NCBI GenBank assembly: GCA_965218095.1
Contig: OZ244587.1
Location: 4,224,001 to 4,288,000 of the forward strand
Source of the DNA: Candidatus Poribacteria bacterium
GTDB lineage: Bacteria; Poribacteria; WGA-4E; PCPOR2b
Reading direction: 5' to 3'
DNA: 64,000 nt
Part shown: one piece after another, positions 1 to 12,192 of the stretch
How positions within the stretch are numbered: position 1 is the stretch's first letter
Layout of the letters: the number at the start of each line of letters is the position of its first letter
The notes under the pieces: model-generated
Databases searched by the model: none
What the model was told of the DNA's origin: nothing
What the model saw: the letters and a program-made list of their open reading frames with translations, nothing else
Made by a program: the position numbers and the translations under genes

Positions 1-1
1 C

Positions 2-2107
2 CATGCGGAAAATGTCGAGCATCTCCGGCAACTCTTAGGCGAAGATCATCGCTACGTCTTCACCCTCATCCACAAGTTCCAGACAAGAGGCGGCGAAACA
101 CACCCTGTTCTTTCCGATCGGTCAGACATCATCGTTATCACTGATGAATCCCACCGCAGTCAATACGACACATTGGCGTTGAACATGCGGATAGCTCTCC
201 CCAACGCTGCATTCATCGCCTTCACAGGCACGCCGTTAATCGCCGGAGAGGAAAAGACGCGGGAGGTTTTCGGGGATTATGTCTCGATTTACGATTTTAA
301 ACAGTCCATCTCAGACAGCGCGACCGTCCCGCTCTATTATGAGAACCGGGTCCCCCAACTGCAATTGACCAACGAAGACCTGAACGAAGGCCTCGCGCAG
401 ATTCTTGAGTCGGCTGAACTCGATGAAGCACAGGAAACCAAGATTGAGCGCGAGTTTGCCAGAGAGTATCAACTCATCACGCGAGATGACCGATTAGAAA
501 CCGTCGCGGAAGATATTGTCTCACACTTTATGGGACGTGGATACCGGGGCAAGGCGATGGTCATCTCAATCGACAAGGCAACGGCGGTCAAGATGTATGA
601 CAAGGTGCAGAAACAGTGGAAACGGTATCTCGACGGTCTGAGATCAGAGTTAGCCAATACTATTTCAATTGCGCAGAGAGAACAGCTTGCGGCAAAGATT
701 CAGTACATGGAAGCGACCGATATGGCAGTGGTGGTATCCCAATCGCAAAACGAGATTGACGATCTGAAAAAGAAAGGCGTGAACATCAAACCGCACCGGG
801 AGCGCATGGTCACTGAGGATTTGGACACCAAATTCAAAGACCCGGATGATCTGTTCCGAATCGTTTTCGTCTGTGCGATGTGGAGCACCGGGTTCGATGT
901 GCCGTCTTGTTCGACGATTTATCTGGACAAGCCACAACGCAATCATACCTTGATGCAGACCATCGCCAGAGCCAACCGAGTTTTCAGAGATAAAGTCAAC
1001 GGTTTGATTGTCGATTACATCGGTGTCTTCCGCGACCTTGAGAGGGCGTTGGCGATTTATGCGACAGGCGCTGATGAGGAAGGCAGAAGCCCGATTCGGG
1101 ATAAATCGGAGCTTGTCGAGCGGCTCAGACAGGCAATTGCCGAAGTCAAAGAATTCTGCGCGAATCTCGGCGTGGATCTTGCCAAGATTGAGGAAACGAA
1201 AACGGAACCCTTTGAACAGGTCAAGCTGATTGACGATGCAATGAACAGCATATTGATCGGCGATGAGACCAAACGGGACTACCTGCAACACGCAAGTAGT
1301 GTCTTCAAGCTATACAAGGCGATTCTACCCGATTCCGCGGCGAATGACTTCAGTGGAATCTGCACACTCATCAATATCATCGCGCGGAAAATCAGAAACT
1401 TGACCACATCAGCGGACACCTCCAATGTGATGACCGCGATCGAAGACCTACTTGACCAGTCAATCACGCCCGCGGATTACATAATAGAGGCAGCCAAGGA
1501 TTATGAAACGAATCAGACTCTTGATTTAAGTCAGATTGACTTCGACCAACTCCGGGAAAAGTTCAAAACCCAACACAAACAGATTGAGGTCGAAAAACTC
1601 AGAGGGGCAATAAACAGGAAGCTATCCCAGATGATTCGCATCAACAAAACCCGAATGGATTATCAGGAGAAATTCGAGCAGATGATTGCGGCTTATAATG
1701 AAGCTGCGATTAACACTGATGTGTTGTCCGAGCAACTGATTGCATTGGCTAGCGAACTTAACGAAGAGGAGCAACGCGCCATCGCCGAACAGCTCTCCGA
1801 AGAAGAATTGACCGTGTTTGACCTGCTGATCCGACCAGAGTTCGACTTGACCAAATTGGAACGAAACGAAGTGAAAGGCGTTGCTCAAAAGTTGCTTGAG
1901 ACGCTCAAACGGGAGAAGTTCGTCCTAGATTGGCGCAAACGTGAACAATCACGCGCTGAAGTCAAGGTCGCTGTTAAAGATATTCTTGACGAACTACCGA
2001 AATGTTACACGAAGGATTTGTATAATCAGAAATGTGAAGTGGTGTATCAGCACGTCTATGATTCTTACTATGGGGTTGGCAATAGTATTTATATGGTTGA
2101 GGCATAA
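2..2107 (+). CDS. hsdR: Type I restriction endonuclease subunit R (5' end outside window)
   Basis: Frame is open from base 2 and contains ITDESHRSQY (DEAH box), FTGTP, MWSTGFDVP, LYLDKP-like and LMQTIARANRV motifs plus the typical HsdR C-terminal region. Confidence 0.92.
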   Translation, partial: HAENVEHLRQLLGEDHRYVFTLIHKFQTRGGETHPVLSDRSDIIVITDESHRSQYDTLALNMRIALPNAAFIAFTGTPLIAGEEKTREVFGDYVSIYDFKQSISDSATVPLYYENRVPQLQLTNEDLNEGLAQILESAELDEAQETKIEREFAREYQLITRDDRLETVAEDIVSHFMGRGYRGKAMVISIDKATAVKMYDKVQKQWKRYLDGLRSELANTISIAQREQLAAKIQYMEATDMAVVVSQSQNEIDDLKKKGVNIKPHRERMVTEDLDTKFKDPDDLFRIVFVCAMWSTGFDVPSCSTIYLDKPQRNHTLMQTIARANRVFRDKVNGLIVDYIGVFRDLERALAIYATGADEEGRSPIRDKSELVERLRQAIAEVKEFCANLGVDLAKIEETKTEPFEQVKLIDDAMNSILIGDETKRDYLQHASSVFKLYKAILPDSAANDFSGICTLINIIARKIRNLTTSADTSNVMTAIEDLLDQSITPADYIIEAAKDYETNQTLDLSQIDFDQLREKFKTQHKQIEVEKLRGAINRKLSQMIRINKTRMDYQEKFEQMIAAYNEAAINTDVLSEQLIALASELNEEEQRAIAEQLSEEELTVFDLLIRPEFDLTKLERNEVKGVAQKLLETLKREKFVLDWRKREQSRAEVKVAVKDILDELPKCYTKDLYNQKCEVVYQHVYDSYYGVGNSIYMVEA

Positions 2108-2127
2108 TCGCTGAAATGATTTTGAAG

Positions 2128-2173
2128 TAGAGGGGGCAACGATAGAATAGTGATTCCATCGTTGCCCCCTCTA
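2128..2173. terminator. Hairpin after hsdR, possible terminator
   Basis: TAGAGGGGGCAACGAT ... ATCGTTGCCCCCTCTA, a perfect 16-bp inverted repeat; no clear U-tract. Confidence 0.55.
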
Positions 2174-2361
2174 AACGGCCCACCATCCGACTGTATGATT
2201 TAACGCCAAATGAGGTGATCGATGAATTGCGCCTCAGCAAAGAGGTGGATTTTAACGTCAGACATTTCGGATTACGTTGTGCTTTGCATTCGATGGCCCG
2301 AGTGGAAAATTTAGGGACATTTAATTCTCGGAAATTGACCCTATGGAAAATTCGTTTTCCC

Positions 2362-2390
2362 TTGACGCCCCCAGGAGAGTTGAGTATAAT
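2362..2390 (+). promoter_or_regulatory. Sigma70 promoter for selA
   Basis: TTGACG-17 bp-TATAAT ending 12 bp before the ATG. Confidence 0.6.
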
Positions 2391-2401
2391 GAAGATCAGT
2401 C

Positions 2402-3841
2402 ATGCCAGAAAAGAAATTGACCCCAGACCAACAAGCCGCTTTACGCCACATACCTGCCATCGAACAGTTGCTTGCTCACGAATCGTTCTTCAGCATGCAG
2501 AGGCAATACTCACGAGATCTGATCACAGAGGTCTTGCGTTCAGTTACTGCGGAGGTTCGGACGCAAATCCTTAACTGCGAGGAGGTTGTGCACGCCCCAG
2601 ATGAGGTGGAGTATGCAGCCCTTGTCCGTGCGAAGCTCGAAGCCCTAACAGCTTCTGCACTCCAGCCGATTGTCAACGTCACCGGAACAATCACACACAC
2701 AAATTTGGGCAGATCGCTCCTCAGTCCGTCAGCATGCGAAAGCCTCGTTCAAGCCGCCGCCAACTATGTCAATCTGGAATATGATCTGGATACAGGCGCT
2801 CGGGGGCGCCGGGATGGGATCACTGAACCCCTGTTGCAGCGACTGACAGGATGCGAAGCTTCAACAGTAGTGAACAACAACGCGGCTGCTGTGCTACTTG
2901 CGTTAAACACACTGGCGCGTAGCAAAGAGGTGATTGTTTCTCGAGGCGAACTCATTGAGATTGGAGGTGCGTTTCGCATCCCCAATGTGATGGAAGCGAG
3001 TGGAGCCATCTTGCGGGAGGTGGGAACAACGAACCGAACCCATCTCAAGGACTACGAGGCCGCTATCAACGAAAATACAGCCTTGCTGCTCAAGGTGCAT
3101 CCGAGCAACTACAAGGTCGTTGGATTCGCGTCAACCCCCGAAATAGAGGAGATCACCGAGCTCGGGCGTCAGTGCGGCATCCCAACGATGGAAGATCTCG
3201 GGAGTGGCTCGCTGATTGATCTGGGGCGTTACGGTTTGCCCCATGAGCCTGTTGTTCGTGAACGCGTCGCGGCAGACGTCGATATCGTCACGTTCAGCGG
3301 CGACAAACTGCTCGGCGGTCCACAGGCAGGAATCATCGTCGGCAAGTCAGACCTAATCCAAAGAATTCGCAAAAACCCACTGATGCGAGCGCTGCGCGTC
3401 GGAAAACTCACAATCGCCGCACTCGAAGCGACTTTGCGGCTCTACCTCAACGAAAAGGGGTTGACCGAAAAACTCCCGATGCTCCATCGCTACACCCGAT
3501 CTATCGACGAACTCCGCCGGATCGCTGAGAAACTCGCCGGTCGCCTTCGACAGATCTTCGACGACGCCATCCAGGTGACGATTGAAGAGAGCGCCGCGCA
3601 AATCGGCAGCGGTTCACTGCCCGTGGATACATTGCCGAGCTTCGCTGTCGCCCTTGAATCGACGCAGATTTCCGCCGAAGCCCTCGCGGCACATTTCCGC
3701 GCCCAGCCGATTCCGATCATCGGACGGACGCAGGACGAGCGATTTTGGCTTGATGTGCGGACGGTGTTTGAGCAAGAGTTGGCGTGGATTGTTGAGGCGG
3801 CGAAGGGCGTGAAGTGTAATTGTCTGATTTTTCTTACGTAA
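2402..3841 (+). CDS. selA: L-seryl-tRNA(Sec) selenium transferase
   Basis: HTNLGRS, VNNNAAA, SRGELIEIGG, EVGTTNRT and FSGDKLLGGPQAG (PLP lysine). Confidence 0.95.
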   Translation: MPEKKLTPDQQAALRHIPAIEQLLAHESFFSMQRQYSRDLITEVLRSVTAEVRTQILNCEEVVHAPDEVEYAALVRAKLEALTASALQPIVNVTGTITHTNLGRSLLSPSACESLVQAAANYVNLEYDLDTGARGRRDGITEPLLQRLTGCEASTVVNNNAAAVLLALNTLARSKEVIVSRGELIEIGGAFRIPNVMEASGAILREVGTTNRTHLKDYEAAINENTALLLKVHPSNYKVVGFASTPEIEEITELGRQCGIPTMEDLGSGSLIDLGRYGLPHEPVVRERVAADVDIVTFSGDKLLGGPQAGIIVGKSDLIQRIRKNPLMRALRVGKLTIAALEATLRLYLNEKGLTEKLPMLHRYTRSIDELRRIAEKLAGRLRQIFDDAIQVTIEESAAQIGSGSLPVDTLPSFAVALESTQISAEALAAHFRAQPIPIIGRTQDERFWLDVRTVFEQELAWIVEAAKGVKCNCLIFLT

Positions 3842-3848
3842 CCGTTAC

Positions 3849-4058
3849 CTAATCGTTCTTTGCCCCGGCATCGATCCATTTTTTGATGAGATTTATCTCC
3901 TTCGGTTTGAGGAGGGGATTGTCGAGCGGCATTCGCGGGGGCTTCTGACCGGTGATCCGTTGGAACAGCAAACTGCCCGCCGCATCCCTTTGAACAATCG
4001 GCGGTCCACTGACGCCGCCTTGCATCATCACGTCGTAATCAATCAGCTCACGCTGCAC
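3849..4058 (-). pseudogene. C-terminal stub of a planctomycete-type cytochrome c domain
   Basis: GGxSGPPIV..SLLFQRI..RMP..L..EI.LIKKWIDAGA pattern; the CxxCH-bearing N-terminus is missing. Confidence 0.6.
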
Positions 4059-4061
4059 GCT

Positions 4062-5159
4062 TCACACATCACGCCACTGCTCCAGCGGATGCCGGCGATC
4101 AGCGAGTGGCAGTTCAACGCGGCGGCCGCCTTCGCGGTGGGATTGGTAAATCGCCATCATCATCTCAAACGCCCAACGTCCCTCATCGCCGCTGCTTGGT
4201 GGTTCCGTGTCCGTTTCAATGGCGTGAATCATCCGTCGATACATCGTGACGATTGCCTCCTCGACACCGACATCTGACAAATCCACGTGCTGCCAGTCTG
4301 AGAACTGCGCCGGCGCGCCTTCCATCGGACGCGGCAGATGCCACAGGTTGTCTGTCATGCTTCCCGACGCACGCATCGCCAACTGTCCTTCCGTTCCTAG
4401 AACGTCCACGCCGTAATTTTCGCTCATCGTCTTGGCGTAGTTAATAAAGTGTGTTTCACCCCAGATACCGCCCTGGAAACCGTAGTGAGCAATTGCCCGC
4501 GTCCCCATCACCAGCCCGGAATCCCGATCTCGCGGAGACATCTCCTTCGCCTCCATAATGTCCGCTGGGCCGGCGGGGCGATTCCCGTTGTAGACTGTGC
4601 CCGAACACCACTGCGGAATCCCACCGAAGCAGAGCATCATGTCCGCGGTATGGGTGCCCATCTCCATGAACTCATTTCCGCTTTTGCGTCCGGCTTTGTT
4701 TCTACCTCGCACCAAGACAACGTCGCCAATGATGCCCTCCTTCACCATCGCCTGCGCCTTGCGGATGCCGGGATTGACGTGGTTCTGTTGGTTGATGGCG
4801 AACTTCGCGCCGGACCTTCCCGCAACAGCGACCATATCATCGGCTTCGACGAGGTCAATGGCAATCGGTTTCTCGCACAAAACGGAGATTCCCCGCCGTA
4901 ACGCCGCAACGGTCGGCGCATGGTGCCCGCGCGTCTGCGTGGCGACGGTGACGAGATCTAAATTTGCTTCTTCGTACATCTGCTCAAAATCGGTGTAACG
5001 CGCTTCGACGCCATACTCGTCCCCCGATCGATTGACGGCTTCGGGAAAAATATCACAGAGCGCGGCAAGTTCAAATTCGGGTAAGCGGTTGAGGACGCGA
5101 AGGTGACTGCGTCCCATCCCGCCACACCCAACGAGCCCCGCACGATAGGTTTTGGACAT
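4062..5159 (-). CDS. Gfo/Idh/MocA oxidoreductase
   Basis: GLVGCGGMG and CEKP motifs; start placed at MSKTY after GGAG. Confidence 0.88.
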   Translation of the reverse strand: MSKTYRAGLVGCGGMGRSHLRVLNRLPEFELAALCDIFPEAVNRSGDEYGVEARYTDFEQMYEEANLDLVTVATQTRGHHAPTVAALRRGISVLCEKPIAIDLVEADDMVAVAGRSGAKFAINQQNHVNPGIRKAQAMVKEGIIGDVVLVRGRNKAGRKSGNEFMEMGTHTADMMLCFGGIPQWCSGTVYNGNRPAGPADIMEAKEMSPRDRDSGLVMGTRAIAHYGFQGGIWGETHFINYAKTMSENYGVDVLGTEGQLAMRASGSMTDNLWHLPRPMEGAPAQFSDWQHVDLSDVGVEEAIVTMYRRMIHAIETDTEPPSSGDEGRWAFEMMMAIYQSHREGGRRVELPLADRRHPLEQWRDV

Positions 5160-5215
5160 GATTGAGTCTCCATATCTTGATTTCAGATTGAAATTTCGTA
5201 GGCTTCTGAGAGGGG

Positions 5216-5262
5216 TACTGCGTATTGCGTATTGCGTGAAACGTAAAGCGTGATGCGTCGCC
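5216..5262. repeat. Degenerate 7-bp tandem repeat (CGTATTG/CGTGAAA type)
   Basis: cgtattg cgtattg cgtgaaa cgtaaag cgtgatg. Confidence 0.7.
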
Positions 5263-5335
5263 TGTGATGAGAATGAAAAAAGCTGTTTTCCCATGTTGCA
5301 TGGAGGGAAACAGCTTCTTGACAACTTCGGTTGGT

Positions 5336-7440
<2,105 letters not shown>

Positions 7441-7584
7441 GATATCAATAGCGAATTTTCAGTTTAATTTATTTAGGTGTGGGTGGGCGCGTCCTTCTCC
7501 CGATAATGGTTTCCCCACCGCTTACCCCCCTGTCAAGGCTTACCATTATCCATAAGTCTGCAAACCCTTGTGGTATAGGGATTC

Positions 7585-7740
7585 TGCCCGCCGATGAATC
7601 AGCGGGCTACACGGCTGCGTCCGATGAAGAAACCGATAAACGAAGTTTATTAGTTTCTCCTGAATCGAATTTAGAAAATCGCTCGAAAGCCCGATTCACC
7701 GGGATCCTTTTGCTGTAGTTCGGCGACTTCATCGCCGAGC
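7585..7740. repeat. Inverted pair of GTAG-type REP-like palindromes
   Basis: GTAGCCCGCTGATTCATCGGCGGG (minus, 7585-7610) and GTAGTTCGGCGACTTCATCGCCGAG (plus, 7715-7740). Confidence 0.55.
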
Positions 7741-7909
7741 GAAAAGATGTGGGTAATAGATAGCCGCAAGCGGAGGGAAAATCCGTATACAATTTTGATT
7801 TACGGTAGAAATACCGCTCATGTTAGACATTTGAAATCATAGCATAAGTAACCCCGAAATGCAAGAAAATTATACCAGGCCTCGCCCCTCATTTTCTTCC
7901 TTTCACGTT

Positions 7910-8725
7910 TCACGCCTCAAGTTTCCATTCATCACCGAGGATAACCTCCAACTGATCATGTGGCTTGAAGTAATCGGTCGGGTGATAGTTCTCGCCCATG
8001 TATCCGAATAAGCGTCGCCGGCGAGGCGTCATCCGCTCCAGCACATGCGACGGAAGGGTTTCGTAGTCGTAGGGACGGCTCCACATCTGACCGTAGCGGA
8101 AGGTGACGCTTTTCCGAATCCAATCGGTTTTATTCGATCCGACCGAGTGCCATTGCGCCCACGGGAAGATGACCGCATCGCCCGCTTCCGCAAGTACTTG
8201 GATTGCTCCTTCTGGAACAAATCCCGGTTCCGGGTGTTCAGGAAAAGGCTTTCGGTGACTGCCCGGCACCAGCATGAAATTTGCGCTGTCCGGCTGCGAT
8301 AGATCGGTCAGGAAAAACTGAACCTTGAATTGCAGGGGGAGGCTTTGTGGGTGAGGGTGAATCTGTTGCAGCGATGGACCTGCGTCCGTGTGGAAACCAA
8401 TCAAGGCTGCGTCGCTTGGGTAGCGGACATAGATCTGCGTTCCCATAATTTGAAGATAGGGTCCCATCAATGCGAGAATCGTCCCGAATATATTGGGGTG
8501 GTCTGTTAAGATGTCTAGTGCATCCGTTCGTTCGATTGCCCGAATGATGGTGAAAGCACAAGGCGCGTCTACCCCCAATTCCTCCTGGACATAATCTTCA
8601 ATAACTGGATCGACAGCGTTCAGGAGCATACGGATTTCTTCTGGTGAAAGCACCTGTTTCAGGACGAGATAGCCTTCCTCATCCCAGTGTTTGCGTTGTT
8701 CCTCTGTCAAGTACTGGTTTACCAT
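7910..8725 (-). CDS. Phytanoyl-CoA dioxygenase (PhyH) family protein
   Basis: EEGYLVL, FHTD (HxD), VPGSH, AGDAVIF..WH. Confidence 0.88.
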   Translation of the reverse strand: MVNQYLTEEQRKHWDEEGYLVLKQVLSPEEIRMLLNAVDPVIEDYVQEELGVDAPCAFTIIRAIERTDALDILTDHPNIFGTILALMGPYLQIMGTQIYVRYPSDAALIGFHTDAGPSLQQIHPHPQSLPLQFKVQFFLTDLSQPDSANFMLVPGSHRKPFPEHPEPGFVPEGAIQVLAEAGDAVIFPWAQWHSVGSNKTDWIRKSVTFRYGQMWSRPYDYETLPSHVLERMTPRRRRLFGYMGENYHPTDYFKPHDQLEVILGDEWKLEA

Positions 8726-8838
8726 CGTGATTCCTCCCATTGTTGGTTGTAAGTGTACATTGAACGCTGTGTCGGCGCCTGAAATTATACACGACTTGGA
8801 AGGTTATTTACTCTGATGCAATAACCTGGGGTTGCATG

Positions 8839-9480
8839 TTAATATCCCCATAGCCGCTGTAAATACGCCTTTGCCTGATATATGCCTGTTTCTGGGGACA
8901 TCACCCCGGACATCACCGCAACCCCATACGCCCCCACGTCGATACACTCTGAAACCCGTTCAGGTGTTATCCCACCCAACGCAAAAACGGGAATGTTGAC
9001 CGCTTCTGTGACCTTCCGAAGATTGTCCAAACCGACAACGGGACCATATCCGGGCTTACTCGCTGTGGGGTAGATTGGGCTATAGGTGAGGAAATCCGCG
9101 CCTTCCATTTTCCGCGTCTTCGCTTCGTCGAGCGTGTGGACCGAACAGCCGATGATGCAGCGACCATTTGTCTGTTGGATCACTTCTCGTACAGATGCTG
9201 AATCCCCCGGCAGATGGATGCCATCTGTCCCAAGCTCTATAGCCACTTTGATTCGTGAATTAATGAACAGTTGCGCAGAATAGGCGTGGCAGAACTTGCG
9301 GATGGGGCCAGCCAGTTTGATAAATTCAGCATCACTCAAGTCTTTTTCCCTGAGCTGGATCGCCGACGCACCCACGTCCAGAAGGTCATGGATAACGTCG
9401 TATAACGAGCGGGGCGCACACAGCTTCCGGTCGGTGATAACGTAGAGCCGGAAATCAATTGGGCTGCGAACAGGTGTCAT
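8839..9480 (-). CDS. thiE: Thiamine phosphate synthase
   Basis: LYVITD, QLREK, GIHL, GCSVH, SPIYPTASKPG, ALGGI; lies in a thi gene context. Confidence 0.85.
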   Translation of the reverse strand: MTPVRSPIDFRLYVITDRKLCAPRSLYDVIHDLLDVGASAIQLREKDLSDAEFIKLAGPIRKFCHAYSAQLFINSRIKVAIELGTDGIHLPGDSASVREVIQQTNGRCIIGCSVHTLDEAKTRKMEGADFLTYSPIYPTASKPGYGPVVGLDNLRKVTEAVNIPVFALGGITPERVSECIDVGAYGVAVMSGVMSPETGIYQAKAYLQRLWGY

Positions 9481-9837
9481 TTCGCTATCTCATCAATCCG
9501 TCGCAACTCATCATCGGACAATTCGCCATCAGCGGCGGCGGCATTCGCGTCGATCTGTGCCAAGTTTTTCGCGCCGGGGATTGGACAGGTCACGGCTGGA
9601 TGGGCGAGGACAAAATTGCAGCGCGGCTTGCGCCAGCGGTCCGCAGATAAGTGTCCCGATGTTGTTTTCCAGACAGTATGGCAATAACACCGCCTCTGCA
9701 TCCCGTCGGAGGATGCTGTAATTGAGTTGGCAGATTGCACAGTTGCCATCGCGATTAAATTTCTGAAGGACTTCGGGGGAGTCTGTTGAAGTGCGATACG
9801 CACGAACTTTGCCTGCTTCAACTAAACGCTCAAACAC
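9477..9837 (-). pseudogene. Aldo/keto reductase remnant (5' truncated, internal deletion/frameshift)
   Basis: LVEAGKVRA..QLNYSILRR..LLPYC..GPLAQ in one frame, FVLAHPAVTCPIPGAKN in another. Confidence 0.8.
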
Positions 9838-10220
9838 TTCGAGGAAAATATCGGGTTCCCTGTTAGCATCTCTGCTTTACTATGTTTCGGTTCAGTAAAT
9901 TTGTCATTAAGTGCCTTTAGCTGTTCAGACATCATTACCATTAGGCGTTCAACGATTTGCTCATCCCGTGAATAAGGAGGTTCTTCAATAAACTTTAGAA
10001 GATCGGTGGTTTCTTCTCTACCCCTTAGCAGACTATGACCGTTTCCACAGAGTGTCAAGCCGTTATCAAGTTCGGCGGCAAATTCAGGATATTTCACTAA
10101 CGGTTTGATGTGGTGAACTTCGAGGTTAGTATCAAATCCACATCGGCGACAGGCATTTCCATCGCGTTTTCTGACATCTTGTTTCCACTGATATTCTGAT
10201 GATGTGCGGTCATCTTGCAT
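9822..10220 (-). CDS. HNH endonuclease-domain protein; truncated paralogue of the HNH-Sel1 gene
   Basis: RDGNACRRCG..VHHIKP..NGLTLCGNGH; aligns with the N-terminus of 10667-12127. Confidence 0.7.
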   Translation of the reverse strand: MQDDRTSSEYQWKQDVRKRDGNACRRCGFDTNLEVHHIKPLVKYPEFAAELDNGLTLCGNGHSLLRGREETTDLLKFIEEPPYSRDEQIVERLMVMMSEQLKALNDKFTEPKHSKAEMLTGNPIFSSKCLSV

Positions 10221-10241
10221 TGGGATTTTCCTCTTAACATA

Positions 10242-10392
10242 ACCTGAGTTGCTAGTATCATAGAGAAACCGAGTTTTTCACTTTCAGATTGTCTGATTTA
10301 GGGAAAATCAGTTGTATTTTTCCCTAAATCGTGTTCCTAATCTATAAAAAACTCGGTTTCTGACGCTTGCTTTATCAACTAGCAACTTGCGT
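10242..10392. mobile_element. IS982-family MITE (151 bp)
   Basis: Ends ACCTGAGTTGCTAGT / ACTAGCAACTTGCGT match the IS982 end at 50047-50061; flanking direct repeat TAACATA; nested internal inverted repeats. Confidence 0.8.
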
Positions 10393-10415
10393 TAACATAA
10401 CGCAAGCCGCCCCCT

Positions 10416-10550
10416 ATCGCCCCGCCCCGATGCTGCGATCGGGATTCAAGGCAACTGGGGCTTTAGGGGGTTTGGGGGGGTTGGGTTGTTATTATTCTAT
10501 ACACATACCGCTCCGCCCCGATAAGATCGGGATTCAAAGCTACTGGAGCG
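10416..10550. repeat. Two REP-like hairpins each interrupted by a 27-30 bp palindromic insert
   Basis: ATCGCCCCG[insert]CTGGGGCT and ACCGCTCCG[insert]CTGGAGCG. Confidence 0.65.
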
Positions 10551-10666
10551 AAAGGTTGAGCCATTGACGAACGGAGAGACTCCGCCCCTACAGGAAAACC
10601 GATGGGTTTTCAGAAGAGGTGCCCGTTGCATAGACTTTTGAATTGCCTTCGTTCAATAGCGAGGGC

Positions 10667-12127
10667 TCAATGCCGCTTGGCGAGTTTGTTCTGAGCTGCG
10701 GGATAGCCTTGTTCAGCAGCTTTTTGAAACCATTTGACTGCTTCCGCATCGTCTTGAGGGACGCCTCTGCCATATTCATACATCTCGCCAAGTTTGTACT
10801 GGGCTTTAGCATAGCCTCGTTGATGATTAGCATAACCTTGTTGGGCGGCTTTACGATACCATTTAACCGCTTCTGCATCGTCTTGAGGAACACCTCTGCC
10901 ATGCTGATACATCCAGCCAAGGTTATCTTGGGCTATGGCATAACCTTGTTGGGCAGCTTTTCGATACCACCTAATCGCCTCTCCGTCATCTTGAGGGACA
11001 CCCCTACCATTTTGATACATCCAACCGAGGTCATTCTGGGCTGCGGGATAGCCACCCTCAGCGGCTTTACGATACCACTTGACCGCTTCCGTATCGTTTT
11101 GAGGGACATCTTCGCCAACTGCATACCACCTGCCAAGGTTATACTGGGTTGTGGTATTGCCTTGTTGAGCGGTTTTACGAAACCACTTGATTGTTTCTTG
11201 ATAGTCCTTATTAACATCCCAGTTGTCTGCATACATCTCACCAAGGTTAAGCTCAGCTGATTCACTGCCCTGTTGGACAGCTTTGCAAAACCATTTGACC
11301 GCCTCCTTATAGTCCTTATCAACGCCACCTCGACCATATCGGTACATCTCGCCAAGGAAGGTTTGTGCATCAGCATCATCTTGTTGGGCAGCTTTGCGAA
11401 ACCATTTGCCTGCCTCCTCATAATCTCGCTCAACGCCATACTCCTCACCCATGCCCATGTGCGATTCATATATCAAGCCAAGGTCAGTCTGAGCTTCAGC
11501 ATTACCTTGCTCGGCGCGCATTCGCAATTGTCGGAGTTCTTCTGCTTTTTCTTCTCGCCTTTGTTTGTCTATCTCAATCCAACCCTCATATTCCCTAAGC
11601 ATCTGTAAAGCTTCCTCGCTTGAACTACTTTTAAGAAATTCGACTGCCATCTGCTTGGCAAGACCTTCATCAACCTCACTGTCTTCATTTAGGAGATGTT
11701 CAATCAGGGGCAAAAATTGATTAAGAGAATTGGGATAAATTTGGAATTGGGCAAACAACTGATGAACTGCGTTGTTCCTTGTAGATCGATCCCCTGATGT
11801 TAACGGAAATTCCAGATAGTCGCAAAATTTATCATTAAGCCGCTTTAACTGATTGGCGGTTCCCATATCAGGTTTTCTTGTAACCGCTTCTATAATAATC
11901 TGAAGATTGGTGCTTTCTTCTTTCCCTTTCAAACGTGTGTGGCAGTTGCCACAAAGCGTGATGCCGTTGTCAATTTCAGTGGCTAAGTCAGGATATTTTT
12001 CTAACGGCTTAATGTGGTGCACATGGGAATTACCATGCTCCTCACATACACGACAGGCGTCTCCATCGCGCTGTCTGACTTCTCGTCTCCACCGTTGGTA
12101 TTCTGGTGATTTGCGGATATCTTGCAT
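10667..12127 (-). CDS. HNH endonuclease fused to multiple Sel1-like repeats
   Basis: N-terminal CRVC..HHIKP..NGITLCGNCH; about 7 C-terminal AQxxLGxMYxxGxGVxQDxxEAVKWxRKAAxQG repeats. Confidence 0.88.
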   Translation of the reverse strand: MQDIRKSPEYQRWRREVRQRDGDACRVCEEHGNSHVHHIKPLEKYPDLATEIDNGITLCGNCHTRLKGKEESTNLQIIIEAVTRKPDMGTANQLKRLNDKFCDYLEFPLTSGDRSTRNNAVHQLFAQFQIYPNSLNQFLPLIEHLLNEDSEVDEGLAKQMAVEFLKSSSSEEALQMLREYEGWIEIDKQRREEKAEELRQLRMRAEQGNAEAQTDLGLIYESHMGMGEEYGVERDYEEAGKWFRKAAQQDDADAQTFLGEMYRYGRGGVDKDYKEAVKWFCKAVQQGSESAELNLGEMYADNWDVNKDYQETIKWFRKTAQQGNTTTQYNLGRWYAVGEDVPQNDTEAVKWYRKAAEGGYPAAQNDLGWMYQNGRGVPQDDGEAIRWYRKAAQQGYAIAQDNLGWMYQHGRGVPQDDAEAVKWYRKAAQQGYANHQRGYAKAQYKLGEMYEYGRGVPQDDAEAVKWFQKAAEQGYPAAQNKLAKRH

Positions 12128-12192
12128 AAGGATTTCCCATTTCATAGAGAACAACGCTAGTTATCCTAAACTTGCCTTTGGTTGGATAATTT

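Noticed and set aside
10600-10666. Shared 3' flank (VYATGTSS..EN) as a further thiG-tail copy
   Set aside because: Similarity to thiG is too weak by eye; it could equally be a beta-propeller fragment.
10667-11520. Roughly 108-bp periodic repeats as a CRISPR array or DGR
   Set aside because: They are in-frame Sel1 repeats; there are no unique spacers, cas genes or reverse transcriptase.
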